A stretch of DNA of 64,000 bases from Mobula hypostoma (lineage: Eukaryota). Each line of letters begins with the position of its first letter. The first letter of the stretch is position 1. This document shows, one piece after another, positions 54,138-64,000 of the stretch. The notes beneath the pieces were generated by a model, which was not told where the DNA came from, did not search any database, and worked only from the letters and a program-made list of their open reading frames with translations. The DNA is taken from NCBI RefSeq assembly GCF_963921235.1, contig NC_086097.1, forward strand, positions 38,876,001 to 38,940,000, in the 5' to 3' direction. The position numbers and the translations under genes were made by a program.

Positions 54138-54173
54138 AGTCAACGTTTCAGGCCGAGACCCTTCGTCAGGACT
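54138..54173 (-). ncRNA. Minimal hammerhead ribozyme motif (GUU site variant)
   Basis: Minus strand agtc-CTGACGA-agggtctcggcct-GAAAC-GTT-gact. Confidence 0.65.
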
Positions 54174-55827
54174 AACTGAAGGAAGAGTGAGTAAGGGATT
54201 TGAAAGTTGGAGGGGGAGGGGGAGATCCAAAATGATAGGAGAAGACAGGAGGGGGAGGGATGGAGCCAAGAACTGGACAGGCGATAGGCAAAAGGGATAC
54301 GAGAGGATCATGGGACAGGAGGTCCGGGAAGAAAGACAAGGGGGGGGGGACCCAGAGGATGGGCAACAGGTATATTCAGAGGGACAAAAAGGAGAGTGAG
54401 AGAAAGAATGTGTGTATAAAAATAAGTAACAGATGGGGTACGAGAGGGAGGTGGGGCATTAGCGGAAGTTAGAGAAGTCGATGTTCATGCCATCAGGTTG
54501 GAGGCTACCCAGACGGAATATAAGGTGTTGTTCCTCCAACCTGAATGTGGCTTCATCTTTACAGTAGAGGAGGCCGTGGATAGACATGTCAGAATGAGAA
54601 TGGGATGTGGAATTAAAATGTGTGGCCACTGGGAGATCCTACTTTCTCTGGTGGACAGAGCGTAGATGTTCAGCAAAGCGGTCTCCCAGTCTGCGTCAGG
54701 TCTCGCCAATATATAAAAGGCCACATCGGGAGCACCGGACGCAGTATATCACCCCAGTCGACTCACAGGTGAAGTGTTGCCTCACCTGGAAGGACTGTTT
54801 GGGGCCCTGAATGGTTTCTAAAGAAAGGGGCTTCCCTTCTTCCACTATCAACTCTGCTCTTAAACGCATCTCCCCCATTTCACGTACATCTGCTCTCACT
54901 CCATCCTCCCGCCACCCCACTAGGAATAGGGTTCCCCTGGTCCTCACCTACCACCCCACCAGCCTCCGGGTCCAACATATTATTCTCCGTAACTTCCGCC
55001 ACCTCCAACGGGATCCCACCACTAAGCACATCTTTCCCTCCCCGCCTCTCTCTGCATTCCGCAGGGATCGCTCCCTACACAACTCCCTTGTCCATTCGTT
55101 CCCCCCATCCCTCCCCACTGATCTCCCTCCTGGCACTTATCCGTGTAAGCGGAACAAGTGCTACACATGCCCTTACTCTTCCTCCCTTACCACCATTCAG
55201 GGCCCCAAACAGTCCTTCCAGGTGAGGCAACACTTCACCTGTGAGTCGACTGGGGTGATGTACTGCGTCCGGTGCTCCCGATGTGGCCTTTTATATATTG
55301 GCGAGACCTGACGCAGACTGGGAGACCGCTTTGCTGAACATCTACGCTCTGTCCGCCAGAGAAAGCAGGATCTCCCAGTGGCCACACATTTTAATTCCAC
55401 ATCCCATTCTCATTCTGACATGTCTATCCACAGCCTCCTCTACTGTAAAGATGAAGCCACACTCAGGTTGGAGGAACCACACCTTATATTCCGTCTGGGT
55501 AGCCTCCAACCTGATGGCATGAATATCGACTTCTCCAACTTCCGCTAATGCCCCACCTCGTACCCCATCTGTTACTTATTTTTATACACACATTCTTTCT
55601 CTCACTCTCCTTTTTGTCCCTCTGAATATACCCGTTGCCCATCCTCTGGGTCACCCCCCCCCCGTCTTTCTTCCCGGACCTCCTGTCCCATGATCCTCTC
55701 GTATCCCTTTTGCCTATCACCTGTCCAGCTCTTGGCTCCATCCCTCCCCCTCCTGTCTTCTCCTATCATTTTGGATCTCCCCCTCCCCCTCCAACTTTCA
55801 AATCCCTTACTCACTCTTCCTTCAGTT

Positions 55828-55863
55828 AGTCCTGACGAAGGGTCTCGGCCTGAAATGTCGACT
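55828..55863 (+). ncRNA. Minimal hammerhead ribozyme motif (stem III C>T variant)
   Basis: agtc-CTGACGA-agggtctcggcct-GAAAT-GTC-gact. Confidence 0.65.
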
Positions 55864-56624
55864 GCACCTCTTCCTAGAGATGCTGCCTGGCCTGCTGCGT
55901 TCACCAGCAACTTTTATGTGCATCACTGATTACTGCTTCGCTTTCTAGCCTCTCATTTGCCTCCATGATGCTTAAGATCCCATTCCTGACCCCGCCAATC
56001 AATTTAAACCCACCCTTTCAGCAACAGCAAATCTGCATAGCAGAATATTGGTTCTCCTCCAGTTAAATGTAATCCAACCCTCTTGCACAGGTCATCTCTG
56101 CTCTAGAAGAGAATCTAATGGTGCAAACTCCTGAATCCTTACCCACCAATTTTTCAGCTACACATCATTTATCATATCTTCCTATTCTTTCCCTCAATAG
56201 CACAAGCCACTGGAAGTATTTCAGAGATTAATCGCCAAGATCCTACATTTTAAATTTCTTCCTATATTCATAATGCAGGACCTTATCCATTGCTCTACCC
56301 ATGTAAATTTATACTGTTCACATTTAGACGATAAATTTATAACGGGTTCACAGAGTTATCAATATAGCTCAGGAATAGATTTCAACATTTATTTGTCTAT
56401 GTAAAAAAAATAGAATAGCAAAATGGGTACATATTTGAATACCATTTCCAAGTATTTATAAGACAAAGTAACCTATTACATTTAGCCAAATATACAGCAG
56501 ACATTACTCACAATATGGAATTGTTCCATTTTATAATACAAGTTTACAGCAAAATATTACATTTATAAAATATAAATAAAGTTATGCTAGTAAATTTGGA
56601 TTTTACATTGGTCCAATGACTCAC

Positions 56625-57523
56625 CTGTCTAATGTTGCGAACAATCCAGTTTTTCCACCAACAGCACAAAGTACTTTGGGGGCACAACGTGGTCGTGTCA
56701 ATAACTCAGTCTGATGGGAAAATCTGTGCTCTGGCATAAAATGATATTTAAGGGCTTCATTTAGAAGGTGCTTGCAGGTATGCTCATCACGAATTAGCTG
56801 ATTTGCTTCATATAATCTTGTCAGAAATTTTACACTTAATAATGGCAGTCGAACACAGTGCAACAACTGTGCTAGGTATTTTTGTCTTTCTTGCACATCA
56901 TATTTAATCCATGACTCTAATGCATAAAAAACAGATTCCTCCGTCACAACATTCAGGCAGTCATTTGAGATTATTTCATCCAACTCTGTGTGGTTCAACT
57001 CAAAAAATTCTTCAGTCTTGCATACATCTTCAAAATTCTGACAAATGTACTTGTTGGCAGCAAGGTACAAGTCATGACAACCATACGTTTCAGCAAACCG
57101 AGAAATACCAATGCAATTGCCAGGATCAAGCTGACTTTCAAGGAATGTACAACATTCTTTTAGAACTAGTTTGATTTGAAGCAAGTTTGCAGCTGGCAGG
57201 AGAGATTCTACTGTATCTTGCGAAATGAATATAGTTCCTGTGTATGCATACTCTACAATAGCCTGCAAAGCAGTCTCATCTATGCACTGAAATTCAACTT
57301 CAGAGTTTTCATTCTCTGAAAGGTTTCCAGTAAACATGGCTTTGAAGTATGGGCTGATGCTAGCCAGCACCACCTTGTGGGCATGGATCTTGACATCACC
57401 AACCCTGAGGACAATGTCACAAAGTTCACGATGTTGTCGAAGAAGATTCAATCCCTGCAGCAACTGTTCAGAATGCGGATGTGTCAGATTGGCAAGCATG
57501 TAGGACTGAGGGGACTGGTCCAT
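56625..57523 (-). CDS. KLHL28: KLHL28 first coding exon (BTB + BACK domains)
   Basis: MDQSPQSYMLANLTHPHSEQLLQGLNLLRQHRELCDIVL..HKVVLASISPYFKAMF..; ATG directly after acceptor cag|; donor AG|GTGAG. Confidence 0.96.
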
Positions 57524-57990
57524 CTGAGTGAATCAGAGATCAGAACAAAATACCCAACTATAAATAAGAAAATATTACAATATTTTATTTAATATAAAAA
57601 TTAATGTGCAAATGAGAAAATAACTTGTTTAAATTAAAACTATTTCCAATAGACTGCAAAATTCTCATTATAGCATTTGAAACAACATATTATTCGCAAT
57701 TAAAAATCTTGAAGCTAATAACATAATTCAGAAGCAATAAACTAATTTCAGCTGTACTTACTAAGGACTTACTCTCTGGCAAGTAGTTCTTCACATGTGT
57801 AGAATTGAAAAGCAATCTGAAAGATTTAAGCAAAGTACGTCAATTCAAAAAATAAAGTCACAGATAATAATTCGTTGATACTTCCCTCAAAAGCAAAACA
57901 AAAAAAGGCTGCTCCTCATACTGTTTTACATTTCAGTCACATGAAAATAAGCTATGTGTAACAGAACGTGTTTTAATTAGAAAAATGCTA

Positions 57991-58821
57991 CAGGTCCACA
58001 ATCCCTTATCCGAAATCCTTGGGGCCAGTTGTATTTCGGAATTTAGAATTTTTCGGATTTCAGACCCCACTCCTCTGCCCCCGATACCAAAAAACATGCA
58101 TGCTCAAGTCCCTTATTTAACCTGCCTCAATGCGGTGAACTTTAGGACCCGGCGGCGCACCAAACCTACGCACATCCTCCTGTATACTTTAAATCATCTC
58201 TAGATTACTTATAATACCTAATACAATGTAAATGCTATGTAAATAATTGTTATACTGTATTGTTTAGGGAATAATGACAAGAAATTTTATTTCCAACAAA
58301 AACATTCAATAAAACATAAAAATATACAGCTTCAACTGAATCAACACATGGTAAATGACTTATTGGAAAAAATGTAGAATGTCACTGTCATTGTCACTAT
58401 AAAACTTCAGTAACTTGTCTTTGTTTATTTAAATCATATACAGTGGTAGTTCCAACACTATTTTCTTCAGTCAGATGCCGCACAGACACATCACGATTAA
58501 GCTTCTGCAATAACTCCACTTTCTGCATTATTGATAGAGAAGATTCCTTCTCTTTTTCTCATTGTTACCCATAGGGGTATCTGCAGCTCTTTTTGACATT
58601 TTCACAGTGAAATTAAACACAACGTCAACAGTGAACACAAAATAACAGCGAACAACAAATACACGTGTAACCAGTATGAGCGCTGAGCCACAACTGACGT
58701 CTGGCGGCCTCTGCTGGTGCTGCCACCGTCACACCTGAGTGACGTCAGCTGTTGGTGAAAAAAACTTCGGTTTTCAGAGCTTTTTGAATGTCAGAATTTC
58801 GGATAAAGGAATGCGCACCTG
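57991..58821 (-). mobile_element. Tigger4/Zombi-like internally deleted DNA transposon
   Basis: TA-flanked CAGGT TIRs with CCTTATCCGAAAT; minus ATG at 58599 gives MSKRAADTPMGNNEKKRR then (frameshifted) QKVELLQKL..VSVRHLTEE.SVGTTTVYDL. Confidence 0.85.
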
Positions 58822-59684
58822 TATTTCCAAATTGAGGAGACAGCTTTAATGAGTTTTGAAGCCAATATCCAAATATATTTAATTAGCCAGGCACTAAACT
58901 TTAAAAAAAACAATATTGTCTGTCTGGTTTCAGAAAGTTGAAAGCATCAAAGAATCCCTATATATTCCAGGGATCAGCAAGTGATTCACTTAGGGGTTTC
59001 CAACTTAATGTTTACTGTATCTCTTTCCACAGATGCTGCCAGAGCTGTAAAGACTCCCAGCATTTTCTGTTTTTATTTCAGATTTCAAGCATGAACATTT
59101 TTTCTTTGTTTCTTATTTGATCTATTTTTCTTCTTGGCCTTAGTCACAAGCAGCTCATATCAAAATATAGAAGCAGCACTTATCCAATTAGTAATTACAG
59201 TGAACTACATTAATTTGGTATCCTCAAGACTTTAATTTTGCAGACTTTATTGAACTATTGAATATCGCTCCCAAACATTTTTAATTTTTTTGATGTAATA
59301 CAGCAGTATAATAGGCTTACCAGTGAATCACATTAGTTTAAGGAGTGTTCAAAAGGTTTAAAGCCAGGGAAAGGAAATTTCAATGATGCAGAACCATCAG
59401 CACCTTCAGACAATGGGAAAGTAGAATATTGGAGTTTTACTGTAATAACAGACTAAAGGTACTGGAATCATTTCCATTGGAATGTAGAAAGTTAAGAACA
59501 TTAATGAAAAGTTTAACTTACAAAATTTTAAAATGGCATACAGGGCCTGTTTGGATCATAAGGGTCCAACAATTTAAAATGTTACAAAGTGACTGAAGCT
59601 ATTTGAAGATATTTCCTTGTGCTAATATTGAGTCCTCTTCTCTTTTATATGACACAAAATGCCTCCAATTAAGACAACCAATCT

Positions 59685-61095
59685 TCCACCTGCTTCAAAA
59701 GGGCAACAATTATACTAAGTGCCCAAAAGTAAGGTGAGCTGCCGTAACGACTATCGCCCAGTGGCACTCACATCTACAATGATGAAATGCTTTGCAGGTT
59801 GGTTATGGTTAGAATTAACTCCTGTCTCAGCAAGGACCTGTACCCAACTGCAATTTGCTTATCACCACAGTAGGTCTACAGTAGATGCAATCTCATTAGC
59901 TCTTCATGCAGCCTTGGATTACCTGGACAATACAAATACTTATGTCAAGATGCTGTTTATGACAACAACTCAGCATTTAACACCTTCATTCCTACAGTTC
60001 TGATCAAAAAGCTCCAGAACCTGGGCCTCAGTATTTCTCTCTGCAATTGGTTACCTCTGCTTCCTAAGCACAATACCACAATTTGCAGATCAGAAATAAC
60101 ATCTCTACCTCATTGACAATCAACACTGGCACACCTCAGGGATGTGTGCTTAGTCCACTACTCTACTCTCTCTACACCGTGACTGTGTGGCTAGGCACAA
60201 CTGAAAAGCCATCTAAAAATTTGCTGGTCATACAACTGTTGTTGGCATAATTTCAGAGGGTGACAAGAGCGCATACAGGAGTGAGATCAGCTAGCTGAGT
60301 GCTGTTACAGCAACAACCTTGCACTCGACCTCAGTAAGACCAAAGGATTGATTGTGGACTTCAGAAAGGGCATGACAAGAAATGCACACCAGTCCTCAGA
60401 GGGATCAGAGAGGAAAGAGTGAGCAATTTCACGTTCTTGGGTGTCAATATCTCTGAAGTTCTATCCTGGACTCAACATATTGATGCAGCTACAAAAAAGA
60501 CATGACACTGTCTATATTTCATTTGGAGTTTGAGGAGATTTGTTATGTCACCAAAGACACTCACAAATGACTACAGGTGCACCATAGAGGATATTCTAAC
60601 CAGCTGCATCAGTGTCTGGTATGCAGGTAGGGCGGGGGGGGGGGCGGGTACTGAACAGTATCGAAATAAGTTGCAGAGAGTTGTAAACTTAGTCAGCTCC
60701 ATCATGGGCAATAGCCTCTGTAGTATCCAGGACATCTCCAGTGGAGTGATGCTTCAAAAACAAAAAAAAACAAAAGGTGGCATCCATCATTAAGGACTCC
60801 CACCACCCAGGTCATGCCTTGTTCTCACTGCTATCATCAGGAAGGAGATACAGAAGCCTAAAGTTAACAATTCAGGAACAGCTTCTTCCCCTCTGCCATC
60901 CGATTTCTGAATGGACATTGAGCCAATAAACACTACCTCACTACTTCTTTAAATTTCTATTTTTGCACTACTTAAATTAAAATTTTCATTTTTATACCGC
61001 CATTCACATTTTTTCTATTATGTATTGCATTGTACTGCTGCCGCAAAGACAACAAATTTCATGATGTATGCCAGTGATATTAAACTTGATTCTGA
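59685..61095 (+). mobile_element. Decayed Rex1/Babar LINE
   Basis: [46 protein letters not shown]; tail ...gattctga. Confidence 0.85.
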
Positions 61096-61782
61096 ATCCT
61101 GCCAATGGTGCCCAGAAATGTCACGCACAAAAATGAGATTCTTCCTAAACCAGCACATCAAAGTAAAATATTCCCTAGTTTGGGATTTATAGCCTTAGAG
61201 GCACTTTGGACTTTCAAGCATTTTTCATCTGCGGACGTGGCAGCCACAACACCCAGTCTGTGAGAATTTTGTTGAAGCAGTATGTGGTTTTGTGAAGGTC
61301 AAAGCCAGGGGGCCTCCATTATAGGATCATGCTTCCTGCATGGAGTATGTCCCTTCATTCCTTTCAACTATTAATAGCCCAGTGCCAATGACAAGAATAT
61401 TGGTTGCTGTTTCCAAGTGGCTGGTGTAATTTAAAATGCTCTTGTAAAGTCGGTATGAACGGCGAGGTTAGTGCCTTCTCCACAATTTCTTCACCCTGCA
61501 GCAAACTGCAGGTGGGAAAACATTGCCTGACACCAGTAGACACTACTTGGACTGGATTTAGAGTAATTTCTACAGCAATTTCAATGGAAAAGAAAGTAGT
61601 GGAGACAAGGGTCAGTACCCTTTTTAAAAAAGAAACATGGTAGTATGTTTCTGGAGCTAGAATTTATCCTGGGTAGAAATTTCCCTTGCACTATTTACAA
61701 TGCAAATGTATTTTTCTTCCACCACAAGGCCAATCAACCTCAAGTTTATAACCCAATATCCACTTATCATACCATGAGTATA

Positions 61783-63817
61783 CAGGTTTCCCCCGCCATC
61801 CGAAGGTAGAGCGTTCCTATGAAACGGATCATAAGCCGAAATGTCGTAAAGCGAAGAAGCTATTACCATTTATTTATATGGGAAAATTTTGTGAGCATTC
61901 ATAGACCCAAAAATAATCTACCAAATCATGCCAAATAACACATAAAACCTAAAATAACAGCAACATATAGTAAAAGCAGGAATGATATGATAAATACACA
62001 GCCTATATAAAGTAGCAATACTTTTCCACAATCATTACTGAACTGTTCTCCGTAGCGAAAATCTCACACAAGCACCGTCGGCAGAAAATCTCACGCAAGC
62101 GCTGTTGGCAAAAACACGGCGCAAGCGCTCTCCAGTAACCTTTAAGTTATGAAGCTGCCAAATCATATGAAGAAAGACTGGATGAACTGGGCTTGTACTC
62201 GTTGGAATTTAGAAGATTAAGGGGGGATCTGATTGAAACGTATAAGATCCTAAAGGGATTGGACAGGCTAGATGCGGGAAGATTGTTCCCGATGTTGGGG
62301 AGGTCCAGAACGAGGGGTCACAGTTTGAGGATAGAGGGGAAGCCTTTTAGGACCGAGATTAGGAAAAACTTCTTCACACAGAGAGTGGCGAATCTGTGGA
62401 ATTCTCTGCCACAGCAAACTGTTGAGGCCAGTTCATTAGCTATGTTTAAAAGGAAGTTAGATATGGCCCTTGTGGCTACAGGGGTCAGGGGGTATGGAGG
62501 GAAGGCTGGGTTCTGAGTTGGATGATCAGCCATGATCATAATAAATGGCGGTGCAGGCTCGAAGGGCCGAATGGCCTACTCCTGCACCTATTTTCTATGT
62601 TTCTATGTTTCTATACCAAATAACACGTAAAAATACACAGCCGATATAAAGTAGAAATAATGCATGTACAGTGTAGTATCACTTGTAGTATCATTGGGAC
62701 GACAGCGCTGAGCACACTGATGATGGTGTGTCAGGCTGAGTTGTCGCAGGTTGCGGTGGTGCAGTGGCCCCCACCCTCCAGGCCGCCAACCGATACATTG
62801 CCACGAAGCATGCAGGGGTGCAGCGGTAGCCAGGAGGCACACAGCACATCTTTAAGAAAAAAGCCGAAATAAACATGCTAATTAATTAGGTGCCGCCTGA
62901 CAGGTAATTGTCGGCCCAGATCCCTGCCGATTTCTGATTGCGTCGTCTCTGATCTGGGCCGACAATTACGTGTCGGAGGCACCTAATTAATTAGCATGTT
63001 TATTTCGGCTTTTTTCTTAAAGATGTGCTGTGTGCCTCCTGGCTACTGTTGCATTCTCCGCGAATCGGTATCTGTCCGTGGCCTGGGGGTTGGGGGTGGT
63101 GGGACACTGGGGTGTCATCTCGTCATGTTTCCATTAGAGCAGGTAGCTCATCTCCTCCTATGACTGCCCACCTCGATGTCGAAGGTCGAGATTCATCATC
63201 TGCCGTGGCTGATGTGGAAGGCCTGCTTGACTGCTGAGCCTCGCGCATTTTTCTATCACACAGTTCTTTGCAAGGACTCAAACCATCCTGCAAATATCCC
63301 CTAAATCGATGTACCCTTTCAAAATTAAAGTCGTACTTTATCATTACTCATTCGGTTTCGATTGTTATCCTTTTTTCTTCCAATTGCATCAGCTCTTCGT
63401 CTGTCAGTTCTTGGTCATGGGATGCCAATACCTCTTCAACATCATGTTCGTCAGCTTCCACAAGCCAAACTCACTTTGTCCTTACTTCATTCACCACGAT
63501 CAAAACGCTTAATTATGTCTAGTTTTACGCTAAGTGTAACACCCTTAAGAATTCTTTCAGGCTTTTCCGATACCATAGAACTCACCTTGCAAACGGCTGC
63601 TCACAGGCACGTGTTAAAGCAATGCCATTCCAAATCCGGGGGAGAGCGGTTGCTCGGGGCACGCACTGCCTTTTATTGTGCGCTGATTTTCTCGCGCGCT
63701 GCTTTCTTTTTCGTAACAGTGAAAACACCTTCTGAAAGCGAAAACAGGGTACTAATGTAGGTCTTTTGTAACAGTGAGGTTTCGTAAAGCGAACGTTCGA
63801 AAAGCGGGGGACACCTG
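61783..63817 (-). mobile_element. Tigger/pogo-like internally deleted DNA transposon
   Basis: TA-flanked TIRs CAGGTTTCCCCCGC / GCGGGGGACACCTG; N-terminal HTH remnant GVTLSVKLDIIKRFDRGE fused to acidic C-terminal remnant DVEEVLASHDQELTDEELMQLEE. Confidence 0.85.
62163..62612 (+). mobile_element. CR1-B family 3' fragment nested in the Tigger element
   Basis: Near-identical to the reverse complement of ~30199-30655; (TTTCTATG)n tail. Confidence 0.9.
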
Positions 63818-64000
63818 TATATTGAAGTTTTATTTATAGCATTGGTGGATTTCAAAAAACCACTTTTCCCCCACAAGGTTATTCAAATATGAATAGACTT
63901 TCAAACTTACACTTTAAGTAGTAATCATTTTTGAAATTGCAAGGACAGCTATATAAACAAACAGAACTGTCTGTAAAGAGAACAAATTAACTGTTCACGG

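Larger units (their letters stand above)
54040..55920. mobile_element. Young Penelope-like element with inverted arms and GIY-YIG endonuclease region
   Basis: 16-bp TSD CATCACTGATTACTGC (54024-54039, 55921-55936); GVIYCVRCSRCGLLYIGET motif on both strands; arms 54081-54814 and 55193-55920. Confidence 0.93.

Noticed and set aside
61783..63817. CpG-rich region as the KLHL28 promoter or first exon
   Set aside because: The CpGs lie inside a TIR/TA-bounded Tigger element; the real first exon is probably beyond 64000.

Overview
Vertebrate genomic DNA; the repeat content (CR1, Rex1/Babar, Penelope, Tigger) suggests a cartilaginous fish, possibly a ray, which is an inference. Two convergent spliced genes can be built by hand with canonical GT-AG sites and matching phases. 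On + is a C14orf28 (DORIP1) orthologue: 5 coding exons, 18620-37830, 360 aa, with a CpG-island promoter. On - is KLHL28: 4 coding exons, 57523-44939, 571 aa; its first non-coding exon is probably beyond the window. Most of the rest is transposon-derived: two decayed Ty3/Gypsy chromovirus-type LTR elements, CR1 and Rex1/Babar LINE pieces, an inverted RNase H-bearing LINE fragment, a tRNA-derived SINE, Penelope-like elements with minimal hammerhead ribozymes, and Tc1, Tigger, Chapaev3, Harbinger and hAT DNA transposons. The main lead is that the uncharacterised C14orf28 protein has the motif order of a USP-fold cysteine protease (Cys box, two CxxxxC pairs, His box), so it is a candidate deubiquitinase/Ubl protease next to a CUL3 adaptor gene. 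Other leads are a 33-aa N-terminal extension, intact-looking intronic hammerhead cores, a self-priming signature in one LTR element, and multi-level nested insertions. All family assignments come from recognised motifs, not from database searches.
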